DNA of 64,000 nt, taken from assembly GCA_951406725.2 (NCBI GenBank), contig OX597816.1:105090001-105154000 (forward strand), read 5' to 3'. Source of the stretch: Octopus vulgaris (lineage: Eukaryota). The position numbers were made by a program, and so were the translations under genes. This document shows, piece after piece, positions 13,452-28,880 of this stretch (the first letter of the stretch is position 1; each line of letters opens with the position of its first letter). The notes under the pieces were generated by a model. That model searched no databases. It worked only from the letters and a program-made list of their open reading frames with translations, and was not told the origin of the DNA.

Positions 13452-13650
13452 TGGCGTCAAGCTGGCAGAATCGTTAGTTCGCCGAACAAAATGCTTCGTA
13501 GCATTTCGTTCGAGTTCAAATTCTGCTATGGTCGACTTTTTTCATTCTTTCGGGGTCGCTAAAATAAGTACCATTTAAACACTGGGGTCGATGTAAACGA
13601 TTTAGTCCTCTCCCCGAAAAGTGCTGGCCTTGTGCGAAAATTTGAAATCA
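13452..13650 (+). mobile_element. SINE family 1 copy
   Basis: gctggcagaatcgttag...gagttcaaattc...ttcggggtcg. Confidence 0.75.
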
Positions 13651-14384
13651 ATGTTATATATCATATAACATTATAACACATAATATTATGCAATATATAT
13701 TTTATGCACAACACGATACTATTCACAAGAACTGAAATAAATTTAAAAGTCTGGTTGTGAGAGAAATATCTAGAATGCAAATACATTCTTTCAATGCGGC
13801 AAAACGTGGTGGGGTCCGTCAGATCTTTTTAAGAGTCTGTTGATTGTTCTTAAGAGAAGATATCTCCGCTTTCTATCCCCAATCAATATCATACAATATT
13901 CAGTCCCTATATAAGTTAATTATAGATTAGTCTATCACCGTAATAGACAGCTGAATTTGCATATTGTGATTTTGAAGGTTAGTCATCAGTTAAACAATGT
14001 ATATTTTATGCACAGCGTGATGACTGAACAGAATTGAAAAATATTTTCATATTAGAAAGCCTGGCTGTGAGAGAAATATTTAGAATGTAAACTCATTCCT
14101 TCTATGCTTTTTATATGCGGCGAAAAGAGTGGAAAGTCTCTTGATGGATCCTTTCACGGTTTGTTGACCGCTTCTCAGAGAAAATTTACTATATTAATGT
14201 GATATATTTTATTGCATTATATATTATATATCATCATATGCCCATGTATATTATATATCATGATATGATCATATATACGTTATATATTACCAATGATCAT
14301 ATATATTTTATATTATCAAACATATTATGTAATGTTAAATCTATTACACTGTATTATTTTACATTAGATTATATTAAACAATAA

Positions 14385-14877
14385 TTCTTCTACCGGCCGT
14401 ACCCAACCACTCCCGGGCTTATTATCTCTAATCATTCAATATATTCAATATATTTTGAATAAATTTGTTCAAGAAAATGCTGGTTGTCTTCAGTTGGTCG
14501 GGGAATATTGGTTCACTCAGAATCGTTGCATCCACACAATTTCAGAACATGGTTCAAACTGAGATTCGTAAAAATGATCCAAAGAAATGAACAAACAACT
14601 TTAGAATCAAAAATAAAAATTTTTTCTTACTTTTTTTTTAATTTCTGGTAAAACATGCTCCTTATACATAATTAGTATAAATTTATTATTTTTCTAAATA
14701 TATTTTTCCAGTGACTATTGCAGTACTCTGGGAGTTTTTTTTTTTCCTTGGGAAATGACAAATGCGAATTTCAGAAAAATGATGTTACCCTATTCAAAGT
14801 TTCACCATCCTAGCTGCAACATTGTGCCCTGCAACTTAAAATACACATGAATATATTCTCTTTTGTGTATTAAGATT
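14385..14877. mobile_element. Possible non-autonomous Helitron-like element
   Basis: Terminal-like motifs ccggccgtaccc at one end and caaagtttcaccatcctagc...attctcttttgtgtattaagat at the other resemble invertebrate Helitron ends. Family recalled, not verified. Confidence 0.3.
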
Positions 14878-15574
14878 ATATCAGATTGTGTTACCTTATA
14901 ATACATTACATATTATACAAAAATGTTTTATATCATCTTATATTGTATAAGATTCCATTGTATAAGATTACATTGTTATATATATATATATTACATACTA
15001 TATCATATTGTGTTAGTTTATATAATATTTTATTTCAATACTTTATTATTTAACATCATAGATAATATTATACTACATTATCTATCTTTTCATGTTTTGT
15101 TATATTATCTATTATCATACGACATTGGATTATGCAGAGGCATGATGTTTGAATAAATACAATATTGGATTACCTACTGATAGGTCATGAGTTCAAAACC
15201 GCTGCAGGTGTTTTATTGACTTTCTAAACAGAACACTTTATTCTATAGTGCTTTAGTTCACCTACTTGCGAGGAATAGGTATCAGATCTTCTAAGAATAT
15301 TATTAGATATATATACACCAGTATTTTAACATGTGAGAGAATCATTAAGCTAGAAGTAATTCCCTGCAGTTTGTAGCACTTCAGTTTTAGGATGTAACAT
15401 ACTGTATTATATTTCATTGTAATATAATATATCTGTTCAATTCATTGGACAATGGTATATTATATCATAACAACACATGATATAATGTTAGTTCAAAATT
15501 ATTTAAAACTATATTTCACTGCATTCGGTTAGCATTAAACTATGCTATAAAATCGCATAATTTAGTGCTAACCG

Positions 15575-16760
15575 AAGCGGTGGTTTGAGAGAATGGTTAG
15601 AATGTCATTAAGATAATTGCCTTAAGGGAATTGTACCAATTCTTTACATTCTGAGTTCAAATCTCGTCTACATCGTCTTTACCTTTCAGTTCATTGAATT
15701 CAACAACATAAGGTACCAATCAATTACTGGGATCGATATGTCAATCATTCCCTTCCCCAAAATTTCAGGCGCTGTGTTGATATTAGAAACAATTATATTA
15801 TTCCATCCTGATCATTGACATATTGTCCTGTAACATATTTAACTTTTTATATTATTTTCAATACTGCTTTTATATTTTTTGGTAATAATTACTTCGTTTA
15901 ATCCAAGTCGGTGAGCTGGCAGAATCGGTAGCACGCCGAACAAAATGCCTAGCATTATATCGTCCGTCTTCACGTTCTGAGTTCAAATTCCGCCGAGCTC
16001 AACTTTGCTATTCATCATTTCGGGGTCGATAAATTAAATAATGGTTCAGCATTGAAGGTCGATATATGATCGACTTACCTCCTGCCTTGTACCAAAATTT
16101 ATTATTGCTTAACTAAAATGGTGGCAAGATAGCAGTATCGTTACCACGCCGGGCAAAATGCCTAGTGGCACTTCGTCCATCTTTACGTTCTGAGTTCAAA
16201 TTCCATTTTTCGGGGTCGATAAAATAAGTACCAATGAAATTCTGGGGTCGACGTGATCAACTAGTCCCCTCCCTCAAAAGTTCAGACCTTGTACCTAAAA
16301 TAGAAAGGATTAGTATAAAGCTAAAATGGCGGGGAGCTGGCAGAATCTTTACCACGCCGAGCAAAATGCTTAGTGGCACTTCGTCCGTCTTTACGTTCTG
16401 AGTTCAAATTCCACCGAGATCGACTTTGCCTTTTATCCTTTCGGAGGTCCATAAATTAAGTACTAGTGATACACTGGGATCGATGAAATCGACTGATCTC
16501 CTCCCCTAAAATTGCAGGCCTTGTGCCTTTAGTAGAAAGGATCATTAGATAGATTTTAAATTTTGGCACAAGACCAGCAATTTCGATGAAGCGGGTACAT
16601 CGAGTACGACTCTAGTGTACAACTGGTACTTATTTTATCAATCCGGAAAGTATGAAAGATAAAGTCACTCTGGGTAGAATTTGAACTCAGAACGTAGACA
16701 CGTACGAAATAACGCGAAGCATTTTGCCAGGCGTGCTAACGGTTCTGCCAGTACGCTACC
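15575..16760. mobile_element. Cluster of five SINE family 1 copies (four plus-strand tandem, one inverted)
   Basis: Heads near 15575, 15908, 16119 and 16328, each with ttctgagttcaaat. Reverse-complement copy at about 16555-16760. Confidence 0.82.
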
Positions 16761-16844
16761 TTGTGACAGGAAAGAATTATTATGTAGCTAAATTAAATGT
16801 CCTTATCAAGTTTTGCTGAACCGTTAGCCTTTTCATTTCTGTCT

Positions 16845-16855
16845 TAATCTATCTA

Positions 16856-16925
<70 letters not shown>

Positions 16926-16974
16926 TATATATATATATATAGATATATAGATAGATAGATATATATAGATAGAT

Positions 16975-17035
<61 letters not shown>

Positions 17036-17048
17036 TATATAGATAGAT
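16845..17048. repeat. Compound (TA)n/(GATA)n/(GA)n microsatellite
   Basis: Direct inspection. Confidence 0.95.
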
Positions 17049-17061
17049 TAAGTTCTTGTCT

Positions 17062-17125
17062 TAATAACTGATGAAAAATTCCTAGAAGCTTTCAGCTGAG
17101 GTATTTGAAACTCTGAGTATCATTA
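17062..17125 (+). ncRNA. Hammerhead ribozyme motif in the pLTR end (identical copy on minus strand at 17660-17723; mutated copy at ~19818-19880)
   Basis: taataa-CTGATGA-extended stem II (aaattcct...aggtattt)-GAAA-ctctgag-TA-tcatta. Near-palindromic minimal stem III; stem I has one mismatch. Confidence 0.65.
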
Positions 17126-17146
17126 TGACAATTTACTGATTGTCTT

Positions 17147-19905
<2,759 letters not shown>

Positions 19906-19925
19906 TATATATATATATATAAATC

Positions 19926-19992
<67 letters not shown>

Positions 19993-20052
19993 TCCTCTAT
20001 TTACATAATATCGAGGTCTTATTCATTCTTTTGATGTCATATTATTATTATT

Positions 20053-20089
<37 letters not shown>

Positions 20090-20207
20090 TTTAAAATAGG
20101 ATAAAATCTTTATAAGAATTTATCAAGTAGTTAGCGTGCAAAACCTCATAGGAGAAAAACACATCAAATTTTCTCTTTAAAATATTTATTTATATTATAT
20201 AGAGGGC

Positions 20208-20341
20208 ATTACTATGCATAAACGCCACATGCTAGAAGGGACTCTTAAAGTCAAAACTATCAAAATAAATAAATGTTTATTTATTTAGGTAGTTTTGACT
20301 TTAAGAGTCCCTTCTAACGCGTGGCATTTATGTATAATAAT
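20208..20341. repeat. ~66-bp-arm foldback palindrome
   Basis: Perfect 27-bp core 20233-20259 / 20290-20316, with almost no spacer at ~20274. Confidence 0.9.
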
Positions 20342-20343
20342 AT

Positions 20344-20428
<85 letters not shown>

Positions 20429-20654
20429 AGGAATATACATATATATTTTTTCGTCAGAAATTTACCAGTGTACAGTACAGAACTCGTTCACTCCGAATAT
20501 CACCCCAGGAAATACAACTGGTTCCCATTGTACAGGTAAACCGTTGCATAATCAAATACCTGTATATATAAAGAGCTATGCTGTATGGAAACATTTGTTG
20601 TGATTAAAAAATAACTGTCCAACCGTAATCCTTTTTGGTGACTCTATCTTATTC

Positions 20655-20726
<72 letters not shown>

Positions 20727-21029
20727 GTTCGAACAAAATATTGTCATTATCGAAATATATACTAGAGTATTAGAAAATAACATATAGTATTTTTTGTGTT
20801 CTTAAAAAGCTAAACTACAACAATTCATGACCTTTCAGTAGGTAATCTACTGTCTCAGACCTTCATCTATCTCACCTCCATTATCGAGACGCATTTTCTA
20901 TTTGTACCCGCCAAGATTCATAATGTTTCAGCAATATGCTCAAAGTTAGTTAAACTAACTCTGGTACTCTTCTTCAAATTTGATCTGGTGACTAATAAAT
21001 TATTGTATATAATAGGAATTATATTTAGA

Positions 21030-21170
21030 AAATATATATATATTATACATATATTATATGTATATATATACATATATATGTATATTTATGTATATATATA
21101 TGTATGTATGTATATATATATATATCATATGTATGTATCGTATGTATGTATATATATATGTATGTATGTG

Positions 21171-21207
<37 letters not shown>

Positions 21208-21858
21208 TATGAATGTATGTATATATATATATATGTATGTATATGTATGTATATATATATATGTATATATATCATATGTATATATATGTATGTATATGTA
21301 TATATATGCATGTATATGTATGTATATATATATATATATGTATGTCTATGTATGCATATATATATGTATTCATACATACATATTAATGTTTGTTTTTATG
21401 TTGAGTTACAACAAAAACAATTTTATATTAATCTAAAGTGTTGCTCTACACTTTTATACAGTACACATTTATTAGTCTTATACAAGAACGTTGTTGAATG
21501 TAACTTCGAAAATCCGACCAGCTGGTCGTAATTTCGAGCTCACTGTTAACAACATTCTTATGTAAGAATTACATAAATATATATATATACATATATATAC
21601 ATATATATATACATATATATATACATATATATATATATACACATATATATATACATATATATATATACTTATATATATACATATATATATACATATATAT
21701 ATATACATATACATATATACATATATATATATACATATATATACATCCATACATATATATGTATATATATACATATATATACATCCATACATATATATGT
21801 ATATATATACATATATATACATCCATACATATATATGTATATTTATGTATGTGTGTGT

Positions 21859-21892
<34 letters not shown>
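21030..21892. repeat. Degenerate (TA)/(TG)/(CA) low-complexity tracts
   Basis: TG-biased tract ~21030-21380 and CA-biased tract ~21575-21890, the latter with a repeated catccatacatatatatgtata unit. Confidence 0.85.
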
Positions 21893-21895
<3 letters not shown>

Positions 21896-23867
21896 GTTTA
21901 TCAATGAAATATTTGATTTTTTTTTGTTCAGCTATTTCATTAAATTTTATAATTTTTTTAACATTTTTTCATATAATATATTTTGCACCGTACTTTAATT
22001 CATATTGTATTGCAATAAAATACATTCTTATTTTATATTTTGCTATTTTGCAATTAAAATATATGATTTTATGAAAGAGGCTCAATACTACAATTTTTTT
22101 TTTCTTTTTATAATCTGATCAACTACATTGATCCACATTGATCCAATGTCTGACTGGTACCTATCGATCTCAGTAAAATGCAAAGTCAATTTTGGCCAAT
22201 TTCAAACTGAGAGCATAAAATACATTACTAAATATTGCAAAGTGTTTGGTGTAAAATTCTAGCGTTTCGGCCAGTCTACCATCTATCAAATGATTACATA
22301 ACACATATATTATATCATTTTATGTAACATAATATCGCGTTATGTTATATCTTTAATAGTATCAATCATGATATTGAGCTACCACGAGTTTGATACTCCT
22401 GTAAAACATACAATTCCAGAAAGTACCTTCTTTCAAAATCATTAGTGAATGGCAGAATCTGTAGAGCACCAGATGAAATGCTTTCACGCTGTAAATATGT
22501 CCTTTTACACGTTTAATTGAAAACTTGCTGAGATCGACTTCGCTTTTTATCTTTCATTGAAGATGGTCATTGAAATAACTACCAGTCAAAGATTGGAGGT
22601 GCCCACCAAACAAATTACCTAGTATTGTACCAATCAAACAAATCGTTACTTCTACTTTTATTTTATTTTTATTCTTATATTGCTTTTTATAATATTTTAC
22701 AATATATCACCTTCAAAATCTTTTTTATAAGCCGTTAGTTATAAAGCAGAATATGCATCATCAATAGAATTTTAAAGTAACTATTTCAATAAAGTATTCT
22801 GATATTCAATCAGGAGGCCTAAAAAGATGGCAAACAAAATATAGCAAAGAAAATAAAATCCTTTTGTTGACAATTATACCAAAATTAAAATTCGACTTGG
22901 ACAAATCTTTTATTACAATTTAGTAATATATTTTTGCCATATTTTATTTTCAATTATCTTATAACAAATTAGCATAACGCTTTTGCCTTATATCATTTTC
23001 AGTTTTTATCGATTTTTTTACATTTCTATTTGCCAACGGTAATTACAGGACACTACTTTCTAGATATTCTCAAGGAGAAACGGATTCCATGCTTTATTCA
23101 CAAATGTAACCTTTCTTTATATTTTACTACATAATGATTGACAGGTGTTTATATGCCAGAAATTAGTTTCACAAAGTACTTACATAATTCAAGGGGCACG
23201 ATTTTCTGTATGTCTCGGATAATAACATGACAAATGAGTGTCTTTACTATTATTACATACTGCTGGTATCCAAGTCATTTCAATACGGCTAATTGCCCTC
23301 TGTTGATTAGAAATGGTCTAAACTGCACGTCTTTCCTATCTACACTAGTAAAAAATGTTGGTAAGAAGAGGAACATATCACTGAGTGGTTAGAATTCCAG
23401 ATAACTAGCCGTGATCGCGGTAGTTCGTATCCTGATCCGGTCACGATTTCAGAATTGTTCATGTGACCAAGATATATAACTCTCAAATGGCCTACTTCAA
23501 AGTTTTGCAAGAGTAACTACACTTTCTTTGTCCTATATAAGTTTATATTTAAAAGTACCAAACTACAATTCGCTTGCCTTGCTTCAATAATTTGTCAAAC
23601 CTTAGGATAAAATATTTATTTTTAAATACATTCCAAATTTTATGTCAAAACTCACTTTAGTAGCATTACATACCATTTTATTCCAATGGTCCGAGTTATA
23701 AAGAATGATTCTGAAATGTTATATAAGGAGTTTTATCTTACCAGTCCCATACTCCTGTAGCATTAACTAAGTAACTGAAGAATATATAAATTGATTTTAC
23801 AAGACAGGTCGACAGAGAGTTAGCCAGCTAGTCGGACAGTTAGCTTGTTAGCTAGCTAACAAGCTAG

Positions 23868-23871
23868 ATAG

Positions 23872-23903
<32 letters not shown>

Positions 23904-23910
23904 GCAGACA

Positions 23911-23943
<33 letters not shown>

Positions 23944-24005
23944 ACAGACAGATGGAGAGAGGGACCGACGGAGGGAGAGAGGGAGGGAGGGAGGGAGGGA
24001 TGGAT
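23868..24005. repeat. (GACA)n/(GGCA)n/(GGGA)n compound microsatellite
   Basis: Direct inspection. Confidence 0.9.
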
Positions 24006-25589
24006 GAGTGAATTGTGAAATACTATTCATTGTGGATAAGGCTCATCAATATTCGAACAAATGAAATAGTTACTTAAGTTAGGACACTAACACATATGAA
24101 AACTAAAATTCTTGACTCATGGAAGAGATTTTTCTATCAGCTTTTAAACTTACCTGCTTTTCTGATGTTTTGGTATAGTTTAAAATAGATGGTGTCCCAT
24201 TGTCCCTAATACTGACACCATGTAGGATACATTCTTATGATTAATTAAACAAGCGTTCAAATTTAAAGCTATGCATGACGGTATTAGTATTATACAAATT
24301 CTGCCTTTCCATGAGCTCCCTAACTGCAACCTTAGCACTTTTAAATATATATTAGCTATATGGCTTCACGGTATGTTTTCTACTATATTTATAATAGTTA
24401 AGTGTTGTCTACCTCTTTACATGAACGGCTGATGATTGCTTAGTTTGCACCTTGGATCAAGAGTACACCACTTAATTGTATCGACATCAATATTCCAAAT
24501 GTGATTGGTGTTGTGAAAACGCTAAAAGAAAAACTAAATCGAAAATTTTAATTATATTTCTTTAAATATACCATTACACAAAATGATTGAAGTATAATTA
24601 AATCGTTCTTTAGTTTCTAAACTACGCTAATGGTTTTTATTACATCTAAAGCTTTACTTGTGCTATAACAATTATCCTGTAATATCATGTGAAGCCAATA
24701 AAGTCGACGACTACATGTACAGTCGCAGTGAAGTATTTTTTCAAATGTATGAATGTAAGCAGAGTATAATTATTTTTAAAAAGTACTATATCAAAAGACG
24801 ACTATATTTTAAATTGCGTCGGGCGTAATAACCTCAGTAAACATTATCTTAAAAACATATACTTGTAATTCGATCAGTGTAAAATTGTTGTATATTTAAC
24901 ATCCCAGTTTGAAATGCTATCAGCTAGCTCTCGTAATTATTATATATTTCTAAAATTCCAAATGCATATGGACGTTTTATCTGTCATTGTGACTTATCTC
25001 CCTTCAATAATCAACGTTTTTAAACTCGAAAAAAACTTCACTCAATCGTGCCTTGAGACAAAAATTAACGTTTTTATATCTATAAAAACAAAATAAATAT
25101 TTTCTTTTCTCTATCTCTTTCTCTCTCGTAATTATAGTTTAACTCGTGTTTGTCCGCAGGAATTATTTTAATTAAACATATTTTCTTTCATTTTTAATAT
25201 TGAATTTAAAAACAAAATACTTAAACTTCAAAATATATCGTAATTTTAAGCAGTTTCTATATGGCTTCTTTCTGTCAATTTTTTTTTCTTGTTTTGAGTC
25301 ATTTCTATGAATAATTTTCTTGCAGATTTATTTAACAAAATTATTGTATGAAAACTAATTAATGATTAATAAAAGTAAACAAATCAATAATTTCACTCTT
25401 GTTCCAGGCCTCGTTTTTTATATTGTGATTTCCACAATTTGTTAAACTGTTGAGGTAAAAAAAAAACTACTTTCTTTTAATTTTGATGAATTATTATGAA
25501 AATGTATGTCCAGATTTACTTTCGGATTTTCATAAGTTTCTTTTTGACGTGGCACAAGATCTTACATTTTGGAAGTAGGTTATTTTTGT

Positions 25590-25897
25590 TGCTGCTGCTG
25601 CTGCTGCTGTTGCTGTTGAGCGAAGCAGTCTTCGTCCCAGAGCTCGCAGTGGGAGAAGTCTGAATCGTGGTCCTTTGCTATTCGTAAGACCCGCAGAAGA
25701 GAAAGCAGGTCAACCCCCGACACCGAGAGCATCGATGGATGGATGAATGCGCATCCAGGCTCAGCGGTTGCGTAGGAAGTCGGGGACAAGAAACAGAAAG
25801 AAAGAGTGAGAGAAAGTTGGGGCGAAAGAGTACAACAGGGGTCGCCACCACCCCCTGCCGGAGCCTCGTGGAGCTTTAGGTGTTTTCGCTGCTGCTG
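25590..25897. repeat. GC-rich interspersed-repeat-like block bounded by (GCT)n
   Basis: Sharp GC rise against the flanks; gctgctgctg at both ends. Class not determined. Confidence 0.45.
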
Positions 25898-27105
25898 ATT
25901 AGCTTATTGTCTGCTGTGAGCTACAAGACGAATGATCAACGAGGTTCTAACCATGACCACCATGTCTTTTTAGGGATATCTGAAACTACACTATCCAATT
26001 TCTTTTCATTAGTTAATATGATATGGCATCGTTTGAGGGAGATTTTTTTTTTTATCAAATCGAGCGGCCGTTTCGAAGACGGATGAAGCGCTTTTGCTTT
26101 TCTTCGAAGTGGACTTGGGTCCAGCAAAATTGCTTCACATTCTCGTCTCAGCCGGAACTTTACTCTATATCACGTTTTGTAAAATATCATTTTTCATATT
26201 AGTACAAGGTTATCGATTTGTTTTGTAAAGGAGGGCGCAGATTGCGTAAACTAAAGCATAATGATTATTATAATTATGTTTTGGATTTTCTTTGATTTAT
26301 ACAAACTACATCCAAATTTCAATAAAAGACGTGAAGGAAGAACAAGATTTTCCATCTAAAGAGGTTAACAAGTGAGGTGCCAAAAGAAACTGCTGTTTGT
26401 GTGTAAAAAAAATCTCCTTATCAAAATTATCATATAACCCGGTAAGTTTAGGATTGTATTTACATGGAGAGGAATCTACGTAAAATATCTGAGATAACCA
26501 TAAGTATGATCTTTTGAAGATCACTTATTTTGAAGCAACAAGGAATTTGGTCTATATATTTGCTTATTTTGATATCATTCCAATAACAATAGGTAATGTT
26601 ATTGCTTTGAGATGGCACATTCTGATATCTGTCTCCAAGCCCTTACATTTGCTAAATTTCTCAGACGTTTTCAGAGATGTGTTTTTGTTAGCTGGGGTTG
26701 CATCATCAATCAAAAGACATTTCATTTCAGCGTGATTTTTTTTATCTTGTCTGTTAGCCTGTTCCCCGATCAGCCTGAACACTGAAATTCTAAAATGTGA
26801 TAACTTCATTGTGGTCAAATTTTCTTGGTTTGTGTTCCCATCAGTTCTCGTTGTGAGGAAGGTTGTATATTGAGAAGGGTATGTGCTGAACTGCAAATTG
26901 TGTGTAGTCTGTTAGTGCTAGTCGGCAGCAACCAGAGATTGGTCAACTCCTAAGCTACATTTGGAGCTACAAAATTTGAATTTGATTCAGTAGAAAAAAT
27001 AGCTGAGATTTCAAATATGTGAGGTTAAAAAAGGGAGAATAACACCTGAAATCGATTTCAGGGATATACACGCGACGCTGCAAACATGCTTTCGTAAACA
27101 CATAT

Positions 27106-27171
<66 letters not shown>

Positions 27172-27349
27172 ACACACACATACACATACACACACATGCA
27201 CATACACATAAGTAACTTTTAAGACGTCCATGAAGGGAAACAAAGGAGAGTGTGATAAATAAATAGCTTTAAGAAAAAAGAGAGTAAATTGACAACAATT
27301 GATGACAAGTGAACTCTTTTCTGCTGTCCATCGTACATAAACACACACT

Positions 27350-27387
<38 letters not shown>

Positions 27388-27442
27388 CATATATATATAA
27401 GAAAATAGTAAAGTGTGAAAAAACGACAGAAGGCTTAAATGT

Positions 27443-27482
<40 letters not shown>

Positions 27483-28434
27483 TTACTTGGATGAAGACGC
27501 GTGCGTTCAATCATATAATAACAATTTAATAAATAAAACATATGCATACATGCATACATATATGTACATACCTACATCTATATGTATATATACATGCATA
27601 TATGGGTACAGGACACCACAAAAAAAACGTAGAACACAATGAGAAACGAAAACATAAAAACAAAACAAGGAAACAGACTTTTTTAACAACGAAAAAACAG
27701 AGTACAAGATATACAACACAAGGAACATTCCCCCTTCTTCAGCTGCCCCTGTTTCGACTCAATGCGTGTTTCGAAGGTAAGGGCAGAACACGACTACTTG
27801 GAAACAGTCCTTCCCGCAAAGCGAATTAAGTAACATTTTTTTTTTTTGCGGAGGGGTAAAAAAAGGTGACAAGAACAGGACAGTAAAAGCAATACAAATA
27901 AAGAAAAAAGCAGTACAAATAAAGATAAAAACAGTAAAAGATAGGACAAGGAGAAACCAACATTAAGGGTTTTTTTAAGCCTAGTCGGTGGAAAAATTCA
28001 TTTGAACGCATTCTGAAGAACGGCTTACGAGGGCAGCATCCTTTCTGGTTTCTTCTCCTCTCCCTTTCACCGTTCCCTCTCTCTCACTCCTCCTTCTCCC
28101 TCTCGTCGCTGACCAGAGAGCTACTAACTTTCTTTCTGACTTGTGCCTTCAACAAGTCAACAACGGCTTCTCCTGTCTCTCAGCTGCACCAACATCATCA
28201 AGATTTAATCTGTCAGTAGGAGCAACTACGGTGGCGAAAAATAACGCCACCCAAACGGTATCACATCCCAGCATTCTCTTTCTCTCTTTTCATCTTTCCT
28301 CTTCCTCCTGCGGAGACTGACCCTTGCTTTTCATTATTCAGAGTCAAGTATTTGAGTCAAAGAGACTGTCCACTTCCAGCAAAATGTGTAGCCTTGTACC
28401 TTTTTTAGAAATCATTACGCTGTAATTTTTTTTT

Positions 28435-28880
28435 CTTGCCTGTGGTCAGTAAGTATTATTTCCTATTTACTTCTATCTAGAAATCAAAAGGAAATGACTA
28501 TTCTCCTCAAACTTTGCTTTTGTAATCTGGACATCAATATTTTGAAACTTACCTATTTTCCATTACATTTCAGATTCAGTGCTGAGTTGCTGAAACAGAA
28601 ATATCGTTATATCAAATATTCTGTTCAATACCACAGATTTACTTATCCGTTGCTTGACCTTAACAACTTGAGCATGTCCCTTAGCGGCTGACAATATGTG
28701 CATCTCTGGTCATGAGCAGGAGTAGAGGAGGAGCATCATCGTGTTAAGAGGGATTTTGGGGGGTTTTGAATTAATGTAACAAAAGCAGAGTTTGAAGAAA
28801 ATATTAAGAAATATTAGCCATTTTTCATACTTTGCAGGGGTAAGCAAATAGTAAATAATAGTTGCTACCCAAGGACAAAT
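28435..28880. mobile_element. MITE-like element with long imperfect terminal inverted repeats
   Basis: Left tattatttcctatttactt...tcaaactttgcttttgt matches the reverse complement of right acaaaagcagagtttga...aagcaaatagtaaataata. Confidence 0.55.

Noticed and set aside
26306-26896. Minus-strand 110-aa and 72-aa ORFs as a gene
   Set aside because: No recognisable domain, non-ATG starts and no convincing splice structure.
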